A stretch of 64,000 nucleotides of DNA from Gemmatimonadota bacterium. Its GTDB lineage: Bacteria > Gemmatimonadota > Gemmatimonadetes > Gemmatimonadales > GWC2-71-9. The notes beneath the pieces were generated by a model. The model was not told the DNA's origin. It ran no database searches and saw nothing but the letters and a program-made list of their open reading frames with translations. The stretch lies in contig JAOTVV010000003.1 of NCBI GenBank assembly GCA_029863245.1, forward strand, positions 82,591 through 146,590, read 5' to 3'. The position numbers and the translations under genes were made by a program. This document shows positions 41,601-49,396 of this stretch, in pieces; positions within the stretch are counted from its first letter, which is position 1, and each line of letters begins with the position of its first letter.

Positions 41601-43718
41601 GTACGCCTCAATGTCGACCGGCTCCACCTCGTCGTAGCCGCGACGGATGACGCGGACATTGTCCTCCACCACCCGCTCCCCAAGGTGACCGAACTTCTTC
41701 TGCAGCTGCTTGCGGATCCCCTCGAACAGTTGCTGCTCCTCGAGGCCTTCGCGCTCGGCCAGGCCGGAGACGCGGAAGAAGGCGCCCATGAAGGCCGCGC
41801 CCTGCATCCGGTACCGCAGCTCCGCGTCCGACGCCTCCTCCATCGCGATCTTGAAGGCATCCAGGCTGAAGAGCCGGATCTTCCGGTCCTTGATGGTCTG
41901 CTGTGCCTCGGCGGGCAGGCTGTGCCACAGGTCCTCCGCGCTGCGATCGCTCTGGAGAATGAACACGCCGTCGGGCGCGAGACCGGCCAGCGGGTCGGAG
42001 TTGCGGAACACGTTCGGATCGGGCGAGAGCACCACGTTGACATGCTTCAGCTCGCAGTTGAGCCGGATGGGCTCGTGCGCCAGCGTGGTGTAGAACGTGG
42101 TCGGCTGGCCCTTCTTTTCCGAGCCGTACTTCGGGTTGGCCTTGATGTACATCCCCATCAGCTCGGAGGCTGTCATCGCCAGATTCTTGCCCATCGTGAT
42201 CGCGCCCCAGCCGCCGACGGAGTGAATGCGGATGGAGGTCGCGCCCTTGGGCAGGAGGTTCACGTTTTCCGTGGGGAGGAGCGACAGATTGGCCACCTCG
42301 GGATACGCTGCAAGCAACTCGTCCTGCCAAATCTGGAGCTTGGGCAGCTTGGTGCCCACCCGCACGAAGTCGATGCCGAGATAGTACTGGCGCTGCTTCT
42401 TCCCGCCGTCGAGCATGTTGTCCACGGCGGCGATGAGATCGGCCGGCTGGAGGTCGCGGCTACCGAGGCCGAAGGTCCCGGAGTAGAATGCCGGTGCGTC
42501 GCCCGGGCCGTACGCGGCGATGCCAGCGAAGGGCAGCTTCCCGTTACCCGCCACGCCGTTCTCCATCGCCTTGTTCACGGCGGCACGAATCTCCCGCAGG
42601 ATCGGCTGGTCCACTGCGAGCGGCTGGTCCACGCGCTCGAGCACCGCCACGGCCTTCTTGCCCTTCAGCAGATGCGTGATGAGGTCGGCCGGGAATGGCC
42701 GGAACATCGTGACGTTGAGCACGCCGAATTTGACCCCGCGCGTCTCGCGCAGGTAGTCGCACACCGCCTCGGCATTGGGGATGAGCGAGCCCTGGCCGGC
42801 GATCACGTATTCCGCATCGTCCAGCCTATACCCCATGGTGCGGGCATACTGGCGGCCCGTGAGCACGGCTAGCTCCGCCATCGCCTGGTCGGTGAACTCC
42901 GCGACGTGGTCGAAGTAGAACGGACGCTGCGCTGCCACGCCCTGCTGGTAGCTGTCCTGGTTCTGGACGACGCCCAGCATGGCGGGGTAGTCGAGGTCGA
43001 ACATCTCCGGAATGCGTCGCCGCTTCTCGCCGAACACCCACCGCTGCGCCGGCGTGGGTGAGTCGATCAGATCGGCTGGGTCGCCGAGGAACTCCTTCAC
43101 TAACTCCCGCTCTGGAAGCGTGATCGACTCGATCACATGGGTGGTGAGGAACCCGTCCTGCGCCAAAATCCCCGGGTTGAGCGACAGTTCGGCCACGCGG
43201 TGCGCGATCAGGTTGAGATCGGCCGACTCCTGCGCGTCCTTGGCGAACAGCTGGAAGAAGCCCGTGTCGTCCACCGCGTGATAGTCGTCGTGGCCGGCGT
43301 GCACGTTGAGCGCGTGCTTGGTCATGGCGCGCGCGCCGATGTTGAGCACGTAGGTGAGCCGCTTGCCCACGGCGGCATACAGCGACTCGTGCATGTACGC
43401 GATGCCCTGCCCACTCGAGAAGTTGGCAGCACGCAGCCCGACCATGCTCATGCCGGCGGTCACCGCCGCGGCGGCGTGTTCGCCCTCGGGCTCGAAGAAC
43501 AGCAGCCGACGGCCATGCACGTTGGTCTGACCTGCGGCGACGGCCGCAGCCCAGCCCTCGCCCATCTGCGTGGACGGCGTAATCGGATACGCGCCGGCTG
43601 CCTCGCTTCCCGCGGTCTCCATGTCCACGACGGCTTGCGTGCCGTCGACGGCCATGGGTATGCCAGGGTACTTCGGCTGCTCGGGAGGTTTGGGATTCGA
43701 TTTGCGCTTGAACATCAT
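38697..43718 (-). CDS. pyruvate:ferredoxin (flavodoxin) oxidoreductase-like 2-oxoacid oxidoreductase, single-chain, 1673 aa, with C-terminal ferredoxin-like domain
   Basis: ATG 43718 in an ATGA overlap with the rnfB stop. It has a PFOR domain I (YPITPSTQMGEGW), a gamma-like domain, two 4Fe-4S motifs (CTGCGQCWVQCPDAAI and CKGCNICVHVCPDEAL), the TPP motif GGDGAMLDIGF...NTGGQ, and an extra C-terminal CTSCEECIKV...CPVRIIHPG module. Confidence 0.9.
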   Translation of the reverse strand: MMFKRKSNPKPPEQPKYPGIPMAVDGTQAVVDMETAGSEAAGAYPITPSTQMGEGWAAAVAAGQTNVHGRRLLFFEPEGEHAAAAVTAGMSMVGLRAANFSSGQGIAYMHESLYAAVGKRLTYVLNIGARAMTKHALNVHAGHDDYHAVDDTGFFQLFAKDAQESADLNLIAHRVAELSLNPGILAQDGFLTTHVIESITLPERELVKEFLGDPADLIDSPTPAQRWVFGEKRRRIPEMFDLDYPAMLGVVQNQDSYQQGVAAQRPFYFDHVAEFTDQAMAELAVLTGRQYARTMGYRLDDAEYVIAGQGSLIPNAEAVCDYLRETRGVKFGVLNVTMFRPFPADLITHLLKGKKAVAVLERVDQPLAVDQPILREIRAAVNKAMENGVAGNGKLPFAGIAAYGPGDAPAFYSGTFGLGSRDLQPADLIAAVDNMLDGGKKQRQYYLGIDFVRVGTKLPKLQIWQDELLAAYPEVANLSLLPTENVNLLPKGATSIRIHSVGGWGAITMGKNLAMTASELMGMYIKANPKYGSEKKGQPTTFYTTLAHEPIRLNCELKHVNVVLSPDPNVFRNSDPLAGLAPDGVFILQSDRSAEDLWHSLPAEAQQTIKDRKIRLFSLDAFKIAMEEASDAELRYRMQGAAFMGAFFRVSGLAEREGLEEQQLFEGIRKQLQKKFGHLGERVVEDNVRVIRRGYDEVEPVDIEAYGVSQDVVIPPPQMPAMLDGSKVRAGIGNPGRFWEQVCYLYKTGDDGIADPFAALSAIPAATSTIRDMTDVRFEVPEFIAEKCTGCGQCWVQCPDAAIPGLVNEVEEVLDTAIRFVSNGRSLDRLRQITKHLGNESRKIMKGVPFTTFGAVLSEAYKTVVDKMKLDPERRAALDAEFAPVYAVLEDFPLAKTTAFFDLPEGREKNTGGLLSITVNPDACKGCNICVHVCPDEALITVKQTDEIVDKLRKDWKLWELLPDTNDRYVNVSDIEEGIGVLSSLLLKKETYRSMAGGDGACMGCGEKTVVHLVLSAVNALMMPRVKRHIAELDELIAGLDAKARTLLAADADLNAVDVAGGKADLTLDDEQKQAVARIRTMLDDLRDLRWRYVEGPTGKGRSVMAMTNATGCSSVWGSTYPFNPYPFPWVNHLFQDAPSIAIGIFEGHMRKMADGFVAVRRAELELAEEYDPAVHEPFFTRFEWRQFSDKEFDLCPPIFATGGDGAMLDIGFQNMSRLLASGKPIRVMVLDTQVYSNTGGQACTSGFTGQVSDMAAYGAAQHGKEETRKELALIAMAHRNVFVLQASQANPSHLLAGVLKSLQSRYPSVLALHCPCPPEHGVGDDQAPDAAKLMLESRAYPVLVYDPAEGYTMAERLSLDGNPSIDDTWPSYDLKYVDENGQEQMMELPVTTADWAATEARFKKHFKRVRGDFDEDSMMPFHEFLTASPEDREGKTPFIYLLRPDRTLGRVAVSSEMVQLAEDRLHVWSLLKEMAGLAVDVSAEAEQEFEAQAAQIKAEYEARIADLKQKYPQLVAHRLAEGLVRAGNGQRTIAELLSEVQAMPIQPLKLDVGGLSLDTGPAVAPAPRGGGAAVATAAVAAPAVEEEEGLALEPYIDTARCTSCEECIKVNKKMFVYDDKKQAYIKDPKAGTFKELVTSAERCPVRIIHPGTPLNPKEKDLEKWMKRAEPFN

Positions 43719-44566
43719 GCAACCGCCTTCTCGAGAGGCTGTGCGGACGCTTGGAACTGCGCGCCCTCGACCCAGACGATGGCGCCGGTCGGGCATCGCG
43801 CGATGGCCGACACGTCCGCCAGATCGTTCTTGCTGTAATCCACCACCGCCAACCCGTCCCTGATCTCGATGAGCCCGGGCGCGGCGTCCGCCACGCACCG
43901 CTCGCAGGCGGTGCAGGCCACCCGGCACAGGGCTTCGATCTCGTCACCTTCCAACGCGCTCTTGCACTGCACAATCAGTTTCTGCTCGATCGGCATGAGC
44001 ACGAACAGATCCTTCGGGCACGCGTCCACGCAGTCTCCGCACGCGGTGCACTTGTCCGGGATGACTACGGGAATGCCATACTGGTTCATGTAGATCGCGT
44101 CGAAGTCGCACGCGACCTCGCAATCGTCGAGACCGAGGCACCCCCAGCGACAGCCCTTGCCGCCGCCGGCCACGGCTGCTGCGGCCTTGCACGTGTCGAG
44201 CCCCAGATAGTCGGCCTCCTGCACCGCCACGTTGCTCCCGCCGGCGCAGAGGAGCCGCGCCACCCGCTTGTTCGCTTCGCCCGCTTCCACCCCGAGGAAC
44301 TGCGCCATCGAGAGCACGTCGTCAGCACCCATCACCGTGCAGGTAGCGGGCTGGATGCGGCCCAGCACCACACCCTCGGCGAACGCGCGGCACCCCGCCT
44401 CGCCGCAGGCGCCGCAGTTGGCGCCCGGCAGCATGTCGGTCACCGCGTCGATCCGCGGATCCTCCCACACCTTGAACTTCCAGTGCGTGAGCGCGATCGC
44501 CGCGGCGAACGTGAGGCCCACGCCACCCAGGATGGCGACCGAGAGCAGAATGGTGGTGATGCTCAT
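43715..44566 (-). CDS. rnfB: Rnf electron transport complex subunit B
   Basis: ATG 44566, 283 aa. N-terminal TM helix, the CGACGEAGC Fe-S region, and ferredoxin motifs CTACGDCVDACP and CTACERC. Confidence 0.85.
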   Translation of the reverse strand: MSITTILLSVAILGGVGLTFAAAIALTHWKFKVWEDPRIDAVTDMLPGANCGACGEAGCRAFAEGVVLGRIQPATCTVMGADDVLSMAQFLGVEAGEANKRVARLLCAGGSNVAVQEADYLGLDTCKAAAAVAGGGKGCRWGCLGLDDCEVACDFDAIYMNQYGIPVVIPDKCTACGDCVDACPKDLFVLMPIEQKLIVQCKSALEGDEIEALCRVACTACERCVADAAPGLIEIRDGLAVVDYSKNDLADVSAIARCPTGAIVWVEGAQFQASAQPLEKAVA

Positions 44567-44576
44567 CCACGCGCTC

Positions 44577-45596
44577 CTAGATGTCCGACAGGTTGGCCTG
44601 CGACAGGAGCCACGCAGCGAGCTTGTCGACCGGATCGGCGGGTGCGGCTGGCGTGACCGGAGTCGCCGACGCGTCCGTCCCCACCGCCGGCCTCGTTCCA
44701 ACCGTGATGTCCGCCAGTGACCGCAGTTGCCGGATCTCCTCAGCCTGCTGGGACCCGCTCCGGCCGCCAACAGACATCTTCGGCTCGGTCGCGGGCAGAT
44801 GCTCCACCGTCAAGCGACCGGCCAGGTGCAGCCCGCCCTTGGGATCGTGAACGAACCGTGCGGCCGACTCGGGGACCAGGGCGCCGATGCCCGGACCGTC
44901 GTGCGTTGCCAGCCGGTCCAAGCCCGTGCCATCGTGGGTTTGGATGACGAAGGTGCCCGGCGTGATGAGCCGCACCAGCGGGGCGGGGGAGCAGGCCCCA
45001 CGCACGACCAGCACGATCTTCTGCGATCCATCCAGGAAGTCCGTGAGCATTTCGGCGCGCAGATCGGCACCGTCGACCGCCACCACCAGTGGGGGCGCGA
45101 GCCGGCGTTCTCCTTTGCTCCATTTCTGGAAGGGGAACGATCCCAGTGAGCGCGCGTGCTCGTTGCCGCGATAGCTCCCCGACCGCGTCAACTCGAAGAT
45201 CCGCACAGCCCCGAAGGCGCGTCCAATCTCCTCGAGTGCCTTCGCAACAGCGGTCCGGAGGTCGCCGCCCGGATTCACTTTCACCAGGAAGAGATCATGA
45301 TTGCGCTGCGACAGTTCGTTCATCGTGTCGCGCGCTTTCTCGATCGTCTCGACGGTGAGCGTGTCGAGCTTCAGCGAGCCTCCGAACAGCTTGGCCAGCC
45401 GGTCGGTGTCGAAGCGATCGGCCGCGAACGGTCCCAGCTCGGCAGCCACGCGGTTCACGCCGCCGTTCTGGGACTGCCGATGCTCGGCGAGGAACGTCTG
45501 CACCTGCTCGACGGTCGTGCCCAGCGCCGACCGGAACGCATCCCGCTGCCCAGCCAGCGCCGTCAGAGCGAGCTCCACTCGGTCGTCAGAGGGCAT
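44577..45596 (-). CDS. hypothetical protein (339 aa), no family recognised
   Basis: ATG 45596 overlaps the korB end by 11 nt. Its stop is 10 nt before the rnfB start, with AGGAG in between. Predicted soluble with a helical N-terminus. No metal or cofactor motif was seen. Confidence 0.6.
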   Translation of the reverse strand: MPSDDRVELALTALAGQRDAFRSALGTTVEQVQTFLAEHRQSQNGGVNRVAAELGPFAADRFDTDRLAKLFGGSLKLDTLTVETIEKARDTMNELSQRNHDLFLVKVNPGGDLRTAVAKALEEIGRAFGAVRIFELTRSGSYRGNEHARSLGSFPFQKWSKGERRLAPPLVVAVDGADLRAEMLTDFLDGSQKIVLVVRGACSPAPLVRLITPGTFVIQTHDGTGLDRLATHDGPGIGALVPESAARFVHDPKGGLHLAGRLTVEHLPATEPKMSVGGRSGSQQAEEIRQLRSLADITVGTRPAVGTDASATPVTPAAPADPVDKLAAWLLSQANLSDI

Positions 45597-46539
45597 AAGT
45601 GTCAAGCTCCGCATTGAGGATGGCGATCTTCTCGTCCGCCGTCTTGGGGGATACCCTCCGGACCTCCTCGTACACGGGCAGATCGTCATTCCGGTAAAAC
45701 ACGCCAAGCCGGATCTTGTCATCGAGCTGAGCCAGCCGAAATGCGTTCACGAGGTCCGCGGGATCGTGATAGACCTCGTTCTTGTAGATCTGCTTCAGCG
45801 CCGGCACGTCGACACCGTCGGGGTGGACCAAGAGCTCGATCGTGTTGGAATCGCGCATGGCGTTGAGGTACAGCTGGTCCGTGTACTGGGGACACCGCTG
45901 CAGGATGCGTACGAACGAGAACCCCCGATGCTCGTAGGCCGCCTTCAGCACGGCGTAGATGTGATCGGGCACCCAGTCGCCGGTCTGCGCCACGAACGAG
46001 GCGTTCTCCACACCGAGGGTCGTCGCGATCGGGTTCATCCCTTCGAGGAACGCGCCTTTGGGCTGCGTGTTGCTCCGCACGCCCTTTGGGCTCGTGGGCG
46101 ACGTCTGGTTCTTGGTGAGCCCGTAGACGCCGTTGTCGAGCATGAGGGCCACCATGTTGGGGTTGTAGCGCGTGGTGTGGATCCAGTGTGCCGCCCCGAT
46201 GGAGCAGCAGTCTCCGTCGCCCATGACCACGAACACCTGCAGCTCGGGCCGCCGCAGCTTGATACCGGTCGCCAGCGGTAACGCCCGGCCGTGGAGGCCG
46301 TGGAAGCCGTACGAGTTGATGTAGTGGGGAAACCGGCTCGAGCAGCCGATGCCCGAGACGAACACCGTCTCTTCGGGCGGGAGCTGCAGGTCGGCCAGGA
46401 AGCGTTGCACGGCGGCGAGCACGGCGTGGTCACCGCATCCCGAGCACCAGCGCGCGGTCGCCGCCTGGTAGTCGTCCATCTCCCAAGAGCGGTCGTCGGC
46501 TATCGCGCTGCCAAGCAGTGAGCATCCGAGTTGAATCAT
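45586..46539 (-). CDS. korB: 2-oxoacid:ferredoxin oxidoreductase beta subunit (KorB-like, TPP-binding)
   Basis: 317 aa. WCSGCGDHAVL and the TPP motif VMGDGDCCSIGAAH...DNGVYGLTKNQ. Confidence 0.9.
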   Translation of the reverse strand: MIQLGCSLLGSAIADDRSWEMDDYQAATARWCSGCGDHAVLAAVQRFLADLQLPPEETVFVSGIGCSSRFPHYINSYGFHGLHGRALPLATGIKLRRPELQVFVVMGDGDCCSIGAAHWIHTTRYNPNMVALMLDNGVYGLTKNQTSPTSPKGVRSNTQPKGAFLEGMNPIATTLGVENASFVAQTGDWVPDHIYAVLKAAYEHRGFSFVRILQRCPQYTDQLYLNAMRDSNTIELLVHPDGVDVPALKQIYKNEVYHDPADLVNAFRLAQLDDKIRLGVFYRNDDLPVYEEVRRVSPKTADEKIAILNAELDTYAL

Positions 46540-46541
46540 GA

Positions 46542-48458
46542 TCAGGCTCCCTTGGGCATGTGTGCCCGGATCGCCTCGTGGATCTGGCCCGGGCGCAGCG
46601 GATGGCCGGGCACCCGGGTCCAGCAGTCCACATCCACCAGTGTCGTGGCGCGCAGCAGCCAGGCGAGCTGGCCGCGGCGGCGGTTCTCATCGGTGATGTA
46701 GGGCGCGTTGGGGTCGTCGGAGTAGTTGACCTCCACCGTCATCACTTTCGTGAACCGGTTGAAGATCTCCTTGAGCCCCGGCTCGAGCGGGGAGAGGAAT
46801 CGGAGGTGGAGCGACGAGACCGCGAGCCCTTCTTCGCGTGCCCGGTCCACCGCTTCCTCGATGGCGCCAATCGTGCTGCCCCACCCGACGACCAGGAGAT
46901 CGCCGTGATCGACCCCATAAACTTTGGGCGGTCTCAGTGATTGCTGGAACACGGCCATCTTGCGCGCCCGCATCTCACAGCCGCGCTCGTGCACGTCGGG
47001 GCTGTAGGCGATCTTGCTGTCTTCGTCGTGTGACAGCCCCGTCGCGCGGAACATCCCGTTCTGACGACCCGGAATGATGCGGGCCGACAGGCCGGTCTTG
47101 GGATCCCAGTCATATGGTTTCTGGCCATCGGGCACAGGGCTCAGGTCGAGCGGCGCCGCGATCCAGTCGCGGGTCACGTTGGGCCGCGGGAATGGCTGGA
47201 CACCGGTGGCTAGGTTCGCGTCCGAAAGGACCATCACCACGCAGCGGAACGCCTCGGCGATGCGGCGGGCCGTGATCATGCAGAGGAAGCACTCCTCCAT
47301 GGTCGCCGGCGCCATCACCACCTTGGGTGCGTCGCCGGGCTGGCCCCAGATGGCCGCGAGTAGGTCCGACTGCTCGATCTTGGTGGGGAGTCCCGTGCTC
47401 GGTCCGCCGCGCTGCACGTCCACCAGCACGAGCGGCGTCTCGGTCATGACGGCGAGCCCGATGAACTCGGTTTTGAGCGCCAGACCCGGCCCGGACGTGA
47501 TGGTGAAGGCCACCTTGCCGGCGAACGAGGAGCCGATCGCGACGCCCACGGCGGCGATCTCGTCTTCGGCCTGGTGCACGATGCCACCATAATTCTCGAA
47601 GATCTCGCTCAAGTGGTGCGACGCCGACGTGGCCGGTGTGATGGGGTACATGGCGCACAACTCCATGCCCGACGCCACCGCACCCATGGCGATCGCCTGG
47701 TTCCCGTTCATCACCACCATGGGCACCGGCGGGGGCTCAATCGGCACGTCGACCGTGAAGTCGAGGTTCGCCTCGGCCCACGCATGCCCGAGATCGAGCA
47801 GGGCCAGGTTGGCGTCGATCACCGCTTGGGACTTCTTCCGGAATTCGACCTCGATCTGCTCCCGAATGAGATCCAGGTTGCGGGAGTAGATGTTCGCCAG
47901 CATCCCGAGGACGAACATGTTCTTCCCCTTGCGGGGATTGTCGACCACCGTGAGGCACTGCTCTTCCATCGGCACCTTGATGAAGCGGTAGCGCTTGCCG
48001 CTCATCTCCTCCATGGCCGCCGCCCACTCCTTGCGGATATCCTCGTCGTCGTGGGCTTCCCACATGCTCTCGATGAGCACGGCACAGTCGTCGTTGAGCG
48101 CGTTTGCGCGGTGGCGGTGGAGCAGCACCTGCTCGTTGAACGCCACCACGAGGTGGGCGGCATCGCCCCAGTTCGTCACCGGCTTGGTGCCGATGCGTAC
48201 CCGGTTCCCGCTGGTGCTGGGCGGGGTGCGCGGTGGGGGCTGGATCTCGGCCGGGATGATCTCCACGGTCCAGACGCCGTTCCCCATCTTCGCCGACACG
48301 CGGCCAAAGGTCTGGGCGCACTTCTGCGCGCCCTCGCCGGGGTCGGAGACCACCTCGACGGTGTGCTCGGCGACTTTGATGATGCTCTTGTTCTGGGGGG
48401 ACGGCGTCTTGGCCTTCTTCTTCTTCGCGGCGGGTGCCGCGGCGGATGAACTGGCCAT
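46542..48458 (-). CDS. korA: 2-oxoacid:ferredoxin oxidoreductase alpha subunit (KorA-like, fused gamma-alpha)
   Basis: ATG 48458 (MASSSAAAPAAKKKKAK...), about 638 aa. The N-terminal POR-gamma-like part is followed by YPITPATSASHHL of the alpha domain. Confidence 0.9.
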   Translation of the reverse strand: MASSSAAAPAAKKKKAKTPSPQNKSIIKVAEHTVEVVSDPGEGAQKCAQTFGRVSAKMGNGVWTVEIIPAEIQPPPRTPPSTSGNRVRIGTKPVTNWGDAAHLVVAFNEQVLLHRHRANALNDDCAVLIESMWEAHDDEDIRKEWAAAMEEMSGKRYRFIKVPMEEQCLTVVDNPRKGKNMFVLGMLANIYSRNLDLIREQIEVEFRKKSQAVIDANLALLDLGHAWAEANLDFTVDVPIEPPPVPMVVMNGNQAIAMGAVASGMELCAMYPITPATSASHHLSEIFENYGGIVHQAEDEIAAVGVAIGSSFAGKVAFTITSGPGLALKTEFIGLAVMTETPLVLVDVQRGGPSTGLPTKIEQSDLLAAIWGQPGDAPKVVMAPATMEECFLCMITARRIAEAFRCVVMVLSDANLATGVQPFPRPNVTRDWIAAPLDLSPVPDGQKPYDWDPKTGLSARIIPGRQNGMFRATGLSHDEDSKIAYSPDVHERGCEMRARKMAVFQQSLRPPKVYGVDHGDLLVVGWGSTIGAIEEAVDRAREEGLAVSSLHLRFLSPLEPGLKEIFNRFTKVMTVEVNYSDDPNAPYITDENRRRGQLAWLLRATTLVDVDCWTRVPGHPLRPGQIHEAIRAHMPKGA

Positions 48459-48838
48459 CACACTCTCGCTCGAACTCGTGGTCGTGTGAAGGTCGAGGAG
48501 TCCGGGCGGAGCTCGGCTCGGCACCGAGAGGCAAACCACCACCTCAGCGGAGAGCCGACCAACAGCTCCTCCACCCCTCCCGACCGTCTATGCGGTAGGT
48601 GGTCCGACCGGCGGGACGCAGCGCCGTGGCGCTCGCGCAGCTGATCCTGTCAGAATTCCACTCACCGCTGCTCAACCAACAATTCTAATAGGAATGGGGC
48701 ACGGGAGGGGAAAGACGGGATGAAGAGGTCTTTACAAGACGTTGTGCTACTTGGGGTTTGGGGATATTCGTGCCCACGGTCCGCCCGCCAGGAGCTCTCG
48801 CTCAGGGACGGATCAATGACCACCGAATCGGTTGTCGA

Positions 48839-48926
48839 CGGACAGGGTGGGATTCGAACCCACGGAACCCTTGCGAGGTTCACACGCTCTCCAGGCGTGT
48901 GCCTTCAGCCGCTCGGCCACCTGTCC
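48839..48926 (-). tRNA. tRNA-Ser (anticodon GGA)
   Basis: The minus-strand sequence GGACAGGTGGCCGAGCGGCTGAAGGCACACGCCTGGAGAGCGTGTGAACCTCGCAAGGGTTCCGTGGGTTCGAATCCCACCCTGTCCG folds as follows. Acceptor GGACAGG/CCTGTCC. Anticodon stem CACGC/GCGTG with loop CTGGAGA. Long variable arm. T-loop GGTTCGAATCC. No encoded CCA. Confidence 0.9.
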
Positions 48927-49292
48927 CTGTGAAGCTAAACGGAAGAAGTAAAGCAAGTTACGGTGAAGGGGTCAACCCTGGCGTTGTGCGCTGGGGTCGA
49001 TTGAATCGAGCCGAATCCACGCGACGTGTTCGCCGAAGGCCCGACGCTGCACGAGCGCGCGCATTCGGTCGTCGTCCGGCTGATAGCACGCCAGCAGGGT
49101 CGTGCAGTCCTTCTCCGCAAGCACGCGAGGACCTTGGCGGTAGTTTTGACCGCCATCGCCAGCGTCCGACGGAGTCTGTGCCCAACGTGCTCCCGCGGGA
49201 AGTGTGATCGCGGCGCGACTGGGGCGGGCGCCCGGCTCTGCCAACAAGGCGCCGGGCGCGCGCTGGACCTGCGTATGGTAGATAGTGAGTAT

Positions 49293-49344
49293 GATTGTGG
49301 CTAACCTGGTCATAGGGTTACTAGATTGTGGTTAACCTGATATA
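49293..49344 (+). repeat. tandem direct repeat GATTGTGG(C/T)TAACCTG, 31-nt periodicity, in the AT-rich region upstream of susC
   Basis: Copy 1 starts at 49293 and copy 2 at 49324. The 16-nt core matches at 15/16 positions. Copy 2 contains the palindrome GGTTAACC. The repeat ends about 53 nt upstream of the susC ATG. Confidence 0.6.
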
Positions 49345-49396
49345 AGTTATAGTCTAAGGGATTACAGGTAGACTTCCTAACCGCAGGAGCAGACCC

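Noticed and set aside
38697-43928. N-terminal extensions of track ORFs. Examples: 43928 for PFOR, 44770 for rnfB, 38432 for rnfD, 37323 for rnfG, 36307 for rnfE, 24353 for selB, 7746 for the glycosyltransferase, 21619 for the TBDR.
   Set aside because: The extended parts overlap the preceding genes in another frame and are Arg/Gly/Pro-rich. Internal starts sit exactly at ATGA/GTGA junctions and yield canonical family N-termini.
48459-48838. The ~380-nt untranslated region upstream of korA was examined as a possible riboswitch or leader-peptide region.
   Set aside because: I recognised no known aptamer core, convincing promoter hexamers or short coupled ORF. It remains an unusually long leader that would need transcription-start mapping to interpret.
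48839-48926. I checked whether the tRNA could be tRNA-Sec, given selB in the window.
   Set aside because: The anticodon loop reads CTGGAGA (anticodon GGA). The acceptor stem is 7 bp. It is an ordinary long-variable-arm tRNA-Ser.
48972-49313. A possible small gene between tRNA-Ser and the susC promoter: ORF 48972-49313(-), 113 aa, or the opposing ORF 49026-49304(+).
   Set aside because: Both strands show similarly high third-position G+C because they share codon register. Neither product resembles a family I recognise, including integrase remnants. I cannot decide from sequence alone. The minus ORF start lies inside repeat copy 1 at 49293-49314.
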